The position numbers and the translations under genes are program-made. A stretch of DNA of 64,000 bases from Kofleriaceae bacterium (GTDB lineage Bacteria > Myxococcota_A > Polyangia > Haliangiales > Haliangiaceae), in NCBI GenBank assembly GCA_965215005.1, contig CBDCCZ010000061.1, positions 1 to 64,000 of the forward strand, given 5' to 3'. Positions 11,486-20,579 of this stretch are shown piece after piece. Positions within the stretch are counted from its first letter, which is position 1; every line of letters starts with the position of its first letter. The notes beneath the pieces were generated by a model that was given only the letters and a program-made list of their open reading frames with translations, made no database searches and was not told where the DNA came from.

Positions 11486-12046
11486 CTAACGATGGAACGC
11501 GCCGCTGGCCGACGCGTCGCCGGATTCACCTCGCGGCGCTTTCTGCGCCTCCGGATCCCTTGAGCAGACGATCCCAAAGCGGCCCAGACGCGCTCCGTAG
11601 CTACTCCACGGCTCTTGGCAGCGGTGATGCGGCCGCGGGTCGGCGACGAATACGCGTCTGGGAGTGCGCCCGTAGCCGTACACCACCAGCCAGTGCTCGA
11701 TGTCACTGAGGTAGCCGACCACGAGCTTGCCGCGATCGAGCTGCCTGGCGAGATTGTCGAAGGTCATGTCGTAGCGGATGTTGGCGTGCACGCCGGCGCT
11801 GCGCAGGGTCTGCACGATCGCGGTTTGGCGGGTGCCGTCGCGCGCAGTGTTGAGCTGCTCGAACAGCGTCTCGGCCGGCAGCGTGCGGCCGAAATACCGC
11901 AACACCATCAACGCCGACGCGAAGCCGCACGTGTACGTCCGAGCCTGCCGATACCCCGGAATCGGCAAACACACCGCATCGTCGTCCTCACAAAGTTCCA
12001 CCGCGAAGGGCGGCGCGTGGTGGGGCTTCTGGAAGCGAGACTTCAC
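11486..12046 (-). CDS. stand-alone C39-like (papain-fold) cysteine peptidase; start uncertain
   Basis: YRQARTYTCGFASALMVLRYFG (Q..C), EHWLVVYGY (His) and VFVADP (Asp). Confidence 0.75.
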   Translation of the reverse strand: MKSRFQKPHHAPPFAVELCEDDDAVCLPIPGYRQARTYTCGFASALMVLRYFGRTLPAETLFEQLNTARDGTRQTAIVQTLRSAGVHANIRYDMTFDNLARQLDRGKLVVGYLSDIEHWLVVYGYGRTPRRVFVADPRPHHRCQEPWSSYGARLGRFGIVCSRDPEAQKAPRGESGDASASGAFHR

Positions 12047-12155
12047 CGGCAACGCCCCCGACCATAGCCCACCGCCGCGGCGCGCGCTCCCCGCCGTCGC
12101 TCGATGACGCACCGCTCCAGAGCCCGGCGCCGCGGGATGGTGTAGGCTCCGCGCG

Positions 12156-13081
12156 ATGAAGCGCTTGCTCACCATCGTCGCCGCTGGCGGGCTTCTTGCC
12201 TCCTGCGGCTCCTCCACATCATCTAACCCCACGGCCGCCCCGGGCGAGCCCGCAGCGCCCCCCGCAACGCCAGCGGCCGGCGGCGTCGAGACCGAGGAGA
12301 TCAGCCTGGCCGCGGCCGGCTTGGACGCGGCCGCGCTCGATCGCACCGCCGATCCGTGCGTCGACTTCTATCAATACGCGTGTGGCGGCTGGCTCGAGAC
12401 CGTCGAGATACCCGCCGATAAAGCCCGCTACGGTCGTTTCACCGAAATTACCGAGCGCAACGAATTGCTCCTGCGCGAGGTCGTGGAAGACGCCGCCAAG
12501 GCGGCCGCCGCCGGCACCGCCGATCCGGTCACCGCCAAGGTCGGCGACTTCTACGCCGCCTGCATGGACGAAGCCGCCATCGCCGCCGCCGGCACCGCGC
12601 CGCTCGAGCCGCTGCGCAAGCTGATCGCCAAGGTGCCAGCGGCACCAAGGCAAACTGGTGGCAGCCCGCGGACAGCGAGCGCTTCGCTGCGCAGGGGCAG
12701 TGCCTAGTGGCGCAATACGCCGCTTACGAGCCAGTTGCCGGGCAGCACCTCAACGGTGAGCTCACGCTCGGCGAGAACATCGCCGACCTCGGCGGGCTCA
12801 AGCTGGCGTTCCGCGCCCTTCACAAGCTGCGCGATGACGCCTCGCCGCACTACGTCGCCGACGGGCTCAACGAGGAGCAGCAGTTTTTCGTCGCCGCTGG
12901 ACAAGCCTGGTGCAACAAAGCCCGCGAAGCGGAAGCTCGGCGTCTGGCCACCGTGGATTCCCACTCGCCGCCGAAGTTTCGCATCAACGGCACTCTGGCC
13001 AACATGCCCGAGTTTGCGCAAGCCTTCGAGTGCGCGCCGGATACTGCGATGCATCCAACGCAAACCTGCGAGGTTTGGTAG
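12156..13081 (+). pseudogene. M13 (neprilysin/PepO-like) metallopeptidase lipoprotein with a large internal deletion and frameshift
   Basis: N-terminal LASC lipobox and DPCVDFYQYACGGW; from about 12635 a different frame reads NWW...CLVAQY...LTLGENIADLGGL...DSHSP..FRING; no HExxH between them. Confidence 0.75.
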
Positions 13082-13138
13082 CACCTGCAAGTGGTCGAAG
13101 CACGGCGGCTGGCGCCGGCGTGCTTCGACACATCGGCG

Positions 13139-13810
13139 CTACAGTCGCTCGCTGTCTTGAGCGGCCTGCTCGATCACCGGTGCGGCGGCTTCTTCCGCCT
13201 CGGTCGCATCGGCGTCGTAGGAGCGCACCAGCCACACCGCATCGGAGAGTGAGTTGCAGTTGGCTTTGGTGAGCAGCGAGCGAATCTGGGTCTTGATGGT
13301 GTTTTCACTCACGCCGATGACGTCAGCGATGTGACCGCGCGGAACGCCATCGGTCGCGAGTGAGACGATCTGCGACTCGCGCGGCGAGAGGCTGAAGCGT
13401 TCCGCAAACGCGTCGATGGCGGCGCGGAACCTCGAGTCGCGCTCGCTCGAGGTTCTCGCGATGGCCACCCGCCGCGCGAAGTCGCGAAGGTTATCGGTGC
13501 AGTCGGGTTTGCAGACGAACTCGGCGCGCAGCCGCTGCACTGCATTGATGATATCGGGATCCTGATCCGCGGTGAGTACCATCGCCGGGGTCAGCGGCGC
13601 GGTACGGCGCAAGTGCCGCAACACATCGAGCCCACTGCCATCGGGCAACCGGATGTCGATGACGGCACCGGCCCAAGTGCCGCGATCGACGGCAGCCACC
13701 CCATCGGCGACCGTCCGCGCGCCAACGGTTTCGAACATGGGCGCGAAGACGCGCCCTACATAGCGAGCCACAGCGGGCTCGTCCTCGACCACCAGAACCT
13801 TGCTCGTCAC
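13139..13810 (-). CDS. response regulator, REC + LuxR-type HTH
   Basis: KVLVVEDE, DIRLPDGSGLD, LTA and KP motifs; C-terminal LSPRESQIV...GVSENTIKTQIRSLLTK. Confidence 0.9.
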   Translation of the reverse strand: MTSKVLVVEDEPAVARYVGRVFAPMFETVGARTVADGVAAVDRGTWAGAVIDIRLPDGSGLDVLRHLRRTAPLTPAMVLTADQDPDIINAVQRLRAEFVCKPDCTDNLRDFARRVAIARTSSERDSRFRAAIDAFAERFSLSPRESQIVSLATDGVPRGHIADVIGVSENTIKTQIRSLLTKANCNSLSDAVWLVRSYDADATEAEEAAAPVIEQAAQDSERL

Positions 13811-14066
13811 CTTCCGGAATATACCGCGTGATGCCGGCGGTTCCGATGGACCGAACGCGTATCTTGAACGCGCATCGTGTCGTCTGCTTCGCGGCGTCAC
13901 CCCTAGCAGGTGACCGAGGCGCATCGAGCTCGAAGCGGGGCCGACTAGCAAACGCATCACTCGACGGGAGAGACGCCAAAGGTGGGCACGTGAGCAGCAG
14001 AAAGCTTCCGCCCTTGCCCCAGCATCGGGCGGCCGAAGTCTGCGTCATGAGTCCCGGCGCGTCGTA

Positions 14067-15353
14067 CTAGAACGCGTAGCCGAGCCCGACGAAGCCCCCC
14101 GAGAACACGTCGCGGCCGCCATCGGCTTCGTACGCATCTCCTGCTTCGCTCGCAAACGAATAGCTATATCGAAGCCAGTGCAGACTCGCATCGAGGAAGA
14201 CGCCGCCGATCAAATCCGCTCGAGCGGTGGCACGCGCACCAATTCCGTTGACCGAGGCATCACGAAAACGCGAGGCGGTGGGACCCGCTTGCAGCACCAC
14301 GTGCTCCTCAACCCCGATGAACGCCTGCACGCGACCAACCCGGCGACCAACCCGCGCCGCCACGCGAATCAGCTGGTAGTCCACGCCCGGTACCTCGCTC
14401 ACGAGATCGGCGGGTCCTGCGAAGGAGAAGCTGGTGTTGCGATAGCCGCCCTCGAGCTCGACGCGCGCCACCCTGCCGAGCTCGATCCCATACCGCACAT
14501 CGAGCTCGAGCTCCCGCCAATGCGTATCGAGCAAACGGCCACCGCCGGTGGAGGCCTGCAGCGGAAGCGCTTGCGCATACGACACCACCGCCGCGAGATC
14601 TTCGAGCACACCGGCTGCACGCCAAGGATGGATCTCAGCCTCGAGCCGAAGCAACCCAGCCGCGGAGGCGTTGAACCGCCGCAAGTTGCCGGTGCGCGGG
14701 TTGTCGTAGCGAAATGAGCGCCAGCCGGCTCCCATCGCCGCGACGATGGTCGCTCTGTTGCGTGCGCTCTCGCTGTCGGTCGGTCGCGCCTTCGACACCT
14801 CGGGCTCGCTCGCTTTCACGGCCGCCGAGGCAATCGGCTCGAGCTTCACCTCGAGCGGCTCGGGATCCTCGCCAACCTCGACCCAACGTTCGAATGAGCG
14901 ATAGCCTGGCTTCTCGACGCGTAGCTGATGGGGCCCGATTTCCAGCTCGATGGTCGCCGGCAACTTGCCAGCGCGCTCGCCATCGATGAGCAGCACGGCG
15001 CCGCGGCTCTCGGCGTCACCGGCGGCGACGTTGAGCGCGATGCGCCGAATCGGCACTAGCTCGACGCGGAACGTCTGCCGCTGCTTCTGCTTCTCGACGA
15101 CGATCTGCTCGAACGCCTCTTCGTGATCGTCGAGCTCGAGAATGATGACGTGCGTGCCCGCGGGCAAGCGCACGTCCACCGGCGTCTGCCCCACTGCTCC
15201 GCTGCTCACATCGCCGACATAGACGTCGGCGCCCGGCGGCTCGCTCACCACGCGAACCCGATAGTCGCGCTCGGCGAAGGCGGTGGTAGGAAACGAGAGC
15301 AAGAACGCAGCCCCCACGCCGACCAACCACCGCCAGCTCATCTGCGCCATCAT
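14067..15353 (-). CDS. PEGA-domain outer-membrane protein
   Basis: Signal peptide; two PEGA repeats (VVSEPPGADVYV..G.TP, G.H.LRVEKPGY); C-terminal amphipathic strands ending in GLGYAF. Confidence 0.75.
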   Translation of the reverse strand: MMAQMSWRWLVGVGAAFLLSFPTTAFAERDYRVRVVSEPPGADVYVGDVSSGAVGQTPVDVRLPAGTHVIILELDDHEEAFEQIVVEKQKQRQTFRVELVPIRRIALNVAAGDAESRGAVLLIDGERAGKLPATIELEIGPHQLRVEKPGYRSFERWVEVGEDPEPLEVKLEPIASAAVKASEPEVSKARPTDSESARNRATIVAAMGAGWRSFRYDNPRTGNLRRFNASAAGLLRLEAEIHPWRAAGVLEDLAAVVSYAQALPLQASTGGGRLLDTHWRELELDVRYGIELGRVARVELEGGYRNTSFSFAGPADLVSEVPGVDYQLIRVAARVGRRVGRVQAFIGVEEHVVLQAGPTASRFRDASVNGIGARATARADLIGGVFLDASLHWLRYSYSFASEAGDAYEADGGRDVFSGGFVGLGYAF

Positions 15354-15396
15354 ACGCCTGCGCTCGGGTCGGTGAAAATCGCACCCATGAGGAAGA

Positions 15397-16215
15397 TCAG
15401 CCGACACCAGCACCGGCAACGGCGACGGAAGGAGTGTCCGTGCCTTCCTCGTGCGCCGGCGGCAACCGCAGATACAACCCTAGTCCGGCAACACCCGCGT
15501 AGAACGGCAAGGTATCGAGGAGCGCCGCGGTGACCTTGAAGACGTAGCCCGCCGCGATGAAGGTCACCAGCTGCGGCCAAATCGGCTGCGCCGCGTCGAC
15601 GGGCAACAGATGGGCGTAGAAATGCGTGATGGTGATGACCGCAACGGTATCGACGAGCTGACTCACCAGCGTCGAGCCGTTGTTCCGCAGCCACAGGTGA
15701 CGGCCCCGCGTGCGCCGCTTCCAATAATGGAACAGCTGAACATCGACGAGCTGCGCCGCGAGATAGGCGATCATTGAAGCGCTGACAGCGCCAAACGTAG
15801 CGGTGCGGATGCCCCAAAACAGCTCCTGCTCAGCGTCGACGCCGGGCAGCTCGCCGCCTATCCACAGAATGAAGAGCAGCCAGAGGTTGAGCAGAAGCCC
15901 CACCAACACCACGGCGTTGGCCCGCCGCCGGCCATACAGCTCGGAGATGAAGTCGGTGCACAAGAAGGTGATCGGATAGGGCAACACGCCCACCGCCACC
16001 GGCATGGGCACTCGCAGCTCGAGCAGCGGCACCGTGAACGAGAGATCGACAAACCTCGTGACGCCAATGATGTTGAGGATCGCCAAGGTGCCGAGAAACA
16101 GCCCGGCAAGCACCAAGAACACCCCTTCTCGGCGGGCGTGCAGCACGTGCGCCGGCAGCTCGGCTCGACCTGGATACCAGTACTGCTCGGATGGAAGCGG
16201 CGCACGATCGTGCAT
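15397..16215 (-). CDS. queuosine precursor transporter (Vut_1/YhhQ family)
   Basis: GVLPYPITFLCTDFISELYG, ASMIAYLAAQLVDV, LWLRNNGSTLVSQLVDT and K...ALLDT motifs. Confidence 0.9.
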   Translation of the reverse strand: MHDRAPLPSEQYWYPGRAELPAHVLHARREGVFLVLAGLFLGTLAILNIIGVTRFVDLSFTVPLLELRVPMPVAVGVLPYPITFLCTDFISELYGRRRANAVVLVGLLLNLWLLFILWIGGELPGVDAEQELFWGIRTATFGAVSASMIAYLAAQLVDVQLFHYWKRRTRGRHLWLRNNGSTLVSQLVDTVAVITITHFYAHLLPVDAAQPIWPQLVTFIAAGYVFKVTAALLDTLPFYAGVAGLGLYLRLPPAHEEGTDTPSVAVAGAGVG

Positions 16216-16284
16216 GGATGGCGATCCTGCCACGCGAGGTGCGGCTCGCCAACGTCGCGCGGGCGGTGCTACCCTGCCGCCGCC

Positions 16285-17139
16285 ATGGCACGTCTGCGGG
16301 AGATGATCGGCGGGACCTTGCGCCCCCGCGACCCACGGCGCTTCCTCATCGAAGCAATGGTTGGCGCCATGCATGCCGATGGCACCGTCGATGCGCGTGA
16401 GCTCGGCGTGTTGCGCTGCCAGCTCGAGGAGCACGAGCTGTTCGCCGGCCTCTCCGCGCGGGTTGCCGAAGTTCTCATCGAGCTCGGAACCGATGCGGTT
16501 GCCTATGCTGGCCGCGGCATCGGCCGGTTGCCAGCGATTGCGCAAGGCCTCACCTCGCGGACCCATCGACTCACCGCGTACGCTATGGTTTGCGAGGTGT
16601 GCGCCGCCGATGGCTTCGTCCACACCGCGGAACGCACCTATATGGATGCGCTGCGCGACGTGTTGCGCATCGGCTGCGCCACCGCTAGAGAGCTTGAAGA
16701 CGCCGCCGCGAGCGGCACCGCGATGCGCGTGTTGGAAGAACGCGTGGAGCGCGCCCGGCAGATCGCGCTCATGATGACGGAGATCTTGGCGGTGAAGCTT
16801 TCGGCCAGCGGAATGGTGACCGAGGCGGCCCGCGCTACGCTGCGCCAGTTCTTACTGCAGCTCATCGATATCGACGCTCGCCCCGAGGTCATCGATGAAC
16901 GCCTGGCGCGCGCGCTGCGTCACCATCAAACCCGAGGACTCGACGCCGCCGCGGAGCTCGCTCGTGTCGCTCACGAGCTCCGCGACCCCAGTGACCGCTA
17001 TTGGTGCGCGGTCTACGCCCATGCCTTTGCGCGCAGCGGGGCCGGCGAGCGTGAGTTCGAGATTGCGCTGGCCGCCGAGCTGCAACTCTCGGCTACAGAA
17101 CAGGTGCAGGCTGCCGAAGATGCCGCGCGCCTGTCGTGA
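16285..17139 (+). CDS. TerB-like (tellurite resistance/DUF533-like) domain protein
   Basis: AMVGAMHADGTVDARE and AADGFVHTAER motifs typical of TerB folds; a second helical repeat follows. Confidence 0.65.
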   Translation: MARLREMIGGTLRPRDPRRFLIEAMVGAMHADGTVDARELGVLRCQLEEHELFAGLSARVAEVLIELGTDAVAYAGRGIGRLPAIAQGLTSRTHRLTAYAMVCEVCAADGFVHTAERTYMDALRDVLRIGCATARELEDAAASGTAMRVLEERVERARQIALMMTEILAVKLSASGMVTEAARATLRQFLLQLIDIDARPEVIDERLARALRHHQTRGLDAAAELARVAHELRDPSDRYWCAVYAHAFARSGAGEREFEIALAAELQLSATEQVQAAEDAARLS

Positions 17140-17276
17140 CGCGGAGCACGAGCTAGCAACGGCCAACATTTGTAGCGTGAGATGAAATCGCCGCCGCTCG
17201 CATGATAGGTACGCGGCTGCCGGCTGGCAGTGCTCCGCTGCGTAACCGCCGCTGTCGTCTGACGTAGGAGTCCCAC

Positions 17277-17675
17277 ATGCGCATCGTGCTCCGTGCGCTC
17301 GCTGTCTTCGTAGTCTTTGCCGGCTGCGAGAGCATTGACGAGCGTCCCGCCACCTTCGGCTATATCCACGCCGCGATCTTGCAGCCGAGCTGCACCACCT
17401 CCAATTGCCACTCGAGTCTCACCGGCCAGGCGGGCCTCCGTCTGGACGACCCGGAAGCCGCGTATGTCGCCTTGGTCGGCCGCACCTGCGACGTCGGCGA
17501 GCTTCCCGGGCTGCCCTCCGGCAATCTCGTGGTGCCGTTTCAGCCGACGAGCTCGCGCCTCATGTATCTCTTGCGCGGCGACGAGGTCGACATCATGCCC
17601 CCCGACTTGCCCCTCCCCGAGCCAGAAATCGAGCTCATCGAACAATGGATCTTGGAAGGTGCCGTGTGCAACTGA
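17277..17675 (+). CDS. monoheme c-type cytochrome lipoprotein with atypical CX4CH motif
   Basis: FAGC lipobox; ILQPSCTTSNCH, GLRLD, MPP and IEQWILEGA resemble planctomycete-type cytochrome c domains. Confidence 0.7.
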   Translation: MRIVLRALAVFVVFAGCESIDERPATFGYIHAAILQPSCTTSNCHSSLTGQAGLRLDDPEAAYVALVGRTCDVGELPGLPSGNLVVPFQPTSSRLMYLLRGDEVDIMPPDLPLPEPEIELIEQWILEGAVCN

Positions 17676-18790
17676 ACCGGCTCGCCATGGCAGCGGTGGT
17701 GCTGGTTCTCGCGGGGCTGAGCGCTGTCGCCGAGGCCTATCCGCAGTTTCAGTTCACCACCGGCAACACCACCTGCACCGCTTGTCATTACTCGCCGGCG
17801 GGCGGTGGCCTCATCAACAACTGGGGGCGTGACGAAGCCGCCGATACGATCAGCGGCAGCGGCGACGGTCGGGTGCTACACGGGCTGTGGGAGCCGCCCT
17901 CTTGGTTTGCCTTCGGCGGCGATTTCCGCGGTGCGGTGCTCGATAAGCAAATATCCGGCGACAACGAGCTGCTGGCGTTCCCGATGCAGCTCGACCTCTA
18001 CAGTCGTGTGCAAGCAGGGCCTGTCTCCGCCGCAGTCATCGTCGGCGCCCGCGGCGTCGCCCGCGGCGATACCACGCTTGCGAGTCGCTTGATCTCCCGC
18101 GAGCACTGGCTGATGTATCAGAAGAGCAACTCGAACCTCTACGCCCGGGTCGGGCGGTTCTTCGCGCCGTTCGGCCTGCGCCTGCAGGACCACACGTCTT
18201 ACGTGCGGCGGTTCACTGGCTTTGGCGTGCTCGAGGAGCCGTATGTCGCCTCGCTCGGCATGGTGGACAATGACTGGGAGGTTCACGCGAGCGCGCACGC
18301 AGCAGCGCCGATCTTCGGTGTGGGGGGCGGCCAGACCTACGGCGGAACGATTTTCTATGAAAAGCGTCTGCGCGACGAAACCGCCGCCTTTGGCGCCCAA
18401 GCACGGGTTGCGATGGATGAAGCTTCTACCCACTATTGGACCGGAGGCGTTGGCAAGCTGTGGCTGGAGGATGCCAAGCTCCTGCTGCTTTCCGAGCTCG
18501 ACCTCGGCGTTCAAACCTTCGCGGCCGATCCGGGACCGAGCCGGCTACAGCTGGTGGGCTACGTCGGCGCGACCTACATTCCCACCACCGGCGTTTACCT
18601 CACCGGCGCCGCAGAGCGTTACCAGCCTGATCTACGCATCTCGGAAACCTCGCGCGATGGTCTTAGCGTGACCTTGCAGTATCTGCCTCGTGCGCACTTC
18701 GAAGTGGTGGTCCTTGGCAAGCTCGAGGCTCCTAGCGACTACTCCAACCCGACCGCGCTCAGCATGCTCATGTTGCATTACTACTTATGA
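17666..18790 (+). CDS. cytochrome c-porin fusion (Cyc2-like architecture)
   Basis: Signal peptide (AEA|YPQF), immediately followed by TCTACH...LINNWGR; the rest has alternating beta-strand patterns and an aromatic C-terminus (LHYYL). Confidence 0.65.
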   Translation: MQLNRLAMAAVVLVLAGLSAVAEAYPQFQFTTGNTTCTACHYSPAGGGLINNWGRDEAADTISGSGDGRVLHGLWEPPSWFAFGGDFRGAVLDKQISGDNELLAFPMQLDLYSRVQAGPVSAAVIVGARGVARGDTTLASRLISREHWLMYQKSNSNLYARVGRFFAPFGLRLQDHTSYVRRFTGFGVLEEPYVASLGMVDNDWEVHASAHAAAPIFGVGGGQTYGGTIFYEKRLRDETAAFGAQARVAMDEASTHYWTGGVGKLWLEDAKLLLLSELDLGVQTFAADPGPSRLQLVGYVGATYIPTTGVYLTGAAERYQPDLRISETSRDGLSVTLQYLPRAHFEVVVLGKLEAPSDYSNPTALSMLMLHYYL

Positions 18791-20055
18791 AGATCTCACT
18801 AAAGGCGTTTGCCGTGCCGCTACTGGCCGTCGCGGCGTGCCAGAAGGCCCCGGCCGAACCGAGTTGGGCCACCGACGTGGCACCCATCTTGGCCGCCAAC
18901 TGCGTGCGGTGTCATGGCTTTCCCGCGCGCGGTGGCGCCCCCGATGATTTCCGCCTCGACGTCTACGAGAACACCATCACCGACGAAGGCAAGCTCCTGC
19001 AGGGTGCCGGCGCAATGGCCGAGTTCGCCGTCGCGCGGGTCGTGGATGGCTCGATGCCGCCACGCTTCCCCCTCGACGACGTTCAAGTCGAGACGCTGGA
19101 AAATTGGCTGGCGCTGCGCACCTTCGGCAGCCGTCCGCCCAAAGGGCCGCCCGCGCCCAAAAACCAGCCGCCGGCCTTCGCGGGTTTGCAGATCGCCGAG
19201 GCCGGCCCGGAAGGTCGACGCGCGATCGCCTACGAGATCGAGGACCCCGACGGTGACGTCGTCGTTGGCACCCTCACCGCGCGGCTCGCGGATGACGAGC
19301 GGGTGATTACTCGCGAGCTGCACGCCGGTCGCGGCGAGCTCGCTTGGGACACCGCCGGATTTTCGGCCGGCTCTTGGCAGCTCACCGCCAGCCTCGATGA
19401 CGGCAGCACCACCATCGAGGTCGACGGGCCGGTTGTGGCGATCGAGCACGGCAGCAACGCACCGCCCACGGTTCGCATCGCATCGCCCACCACCGATGCG
19501 CTGCTCGCCGACCTCGACTCGCCGCATACGGTGTCCCTCGAGATTCTCGACCTCGACGCCAGTGACACCCTCACGGTCGACGTGATGGCGGTGTTTGGCG
19601 ATCAGCAAGTTGCGGTTGCCAGCAACGTGAGCGCCGAGCGAGGCATGAACACGCTCGAGTGGGACACCACGGACGTTCCTGAGGGGCTAGCGTGGCAGCT
19701 GGTGGTCACGGTGAGCGACGGTAAGGCCACCCGCACCGCGACCTCGGGACCACTCATCATCGCGCACGGCACCACCGACGAAACCTTCGACAGCATGCTC
19801 GGCATCCTCGGCTCGCGGTGCGGAATCTGTCATCCCGGCGGCATGCGTATCCCCGACGTTCCCCACAGCTTTCTCGTCTATGAGGGCGAAGGGCAGGTTC
19901 TCGGGGTGCGCGAGCTACGCGGCCGAATGTATCGCCGCGCCATCCAAGAACGCACGATGCCGCCGCCGTCGTCGGTTCTCACCGGCGGTCAGCTTCTTAG
20001 CGACGAAGAACGCGCGCGGCTCGCTGAGTGGCTGTTGGCAGGAGCGCCGCAATGA
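18787..20055 (+). CDS. diheme c-type cytochrome lipoprotein with central Ig-like repeats
   Basis: VAAC lipobox; CVRCH..MPP..LENW and CGICH..MPP..LAEW domains flank two N.PP...WDT...W.L beta-sandwich repeats. Confidence 0.7.
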   Translation: MKISLKAFAVPLLAVAACQKAPAEPSWATDVAPILAANCVRCHGFPARGGAPDDFRLDVYENTITDEGKLLQGAGAMAEFAVARVVDGSMPPRFPLDDVQVETLENWLALRTFGSRPPKGPPAPKNQPPAFAGLQIAEAGPEGRRAIAYEIEDPDGDVVVGTLTARLADDERVITRELHAGRGELAWDTAGFSAGSWQLTASLDDGSTTIEVDGPVVAIEHGSNAPPTVRIASPTTDALLADLDSPHTVSLEILDLDASDTLTVDVMAVFGDQQVAVASNVSAERGMNTLEWDTTDVPEGLAWQLVVTVSDGKATRTATSGPLIIAHGTTDETFDSMLGILGSRCGICHPGGMRIPDVPHSFLVYEGEGQVLGVRELRGRMYRRAIQERTMPPPSSVLTGGQLLSDEERARLAEWLLAGAPQ

Positions 20056-20498
20056 AATGGTTAATCCTTCTAACGCTCATGATGTCGGCGTGCACCGTTG
20101 ACACCGAAGGACTGCCCGCCATCGCCGACTACCGCGACTGGAACTCGATCGAGACCCGCGGCGAGCTGCCCGCCCATGGCGACAGCGTCCGGGTGATCTT
20201 TGCCAACGACATCGCCCGCACCTACACCGGCGCGGGGCTCTATCCAGTGGGCACCGTGCTGGTCAAAGAAGTGCGCGACTATGGACCCGGCGATGCTCCC
20301 GGCGACCTTCGCTACCTAGCGGTCATGCGCAAGCTCGGCGATGAGGCGCCAATGCCCGACGGGGGCGATATCGAAGGCGGCTGGCTGTTCACCACCCTGG
20401 ACGAGCTGGGACAGGAGGAGCGCGCCGGCATTACGTGCTGGAACTCCTGCCACGCCCAGGGCCCCGTGGATGGCGCCTGGTTCGACTACGGCTACTGA
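20052..20498 (+). CDS. cytochrome P460/c'-beta family lipoprotein
   Basis: MSAC lipobox; DYRDW, YPVGTVLVKE, VMRK and GGWLF motifs; C-terminal CWNSCH. Confidence 0.7.
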   Translation: MKWLILLTLMMSACTVDTEGLPAIADYRDWNSIETRGELPAHGDSVRVIFANDIARTYTGAGLYPVGTVLVKEVRDYGPGDAPGDLRYLAVMRKLGDEAPMPDGGDIEGGWLFTTLDELGQEERAGITCWNSCHAQGPVDGAWFDYGY

Positions 20499-20579
20499 GA
20501 CGCATCGATGGGCGCAGTTTCTGGCTCTGCGGCTCGCAACGTGCGACCCTTTGCACAAGCAACCTAGGGGACCTCGCCG

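Noticed and set aside
12700..12712. Stop-codon readthrough or a genuine two-gene M13 system at TAG/GTG
   Set aside because: The halves are in different frames, homology switches at about 12633 before the stop, and the catalytic motif is absent.
13811..14066. Riboswitch upstream of the LuxR-type regulator
   Set aside because: No recognisable aptamer consensus or terminator was found by eye.
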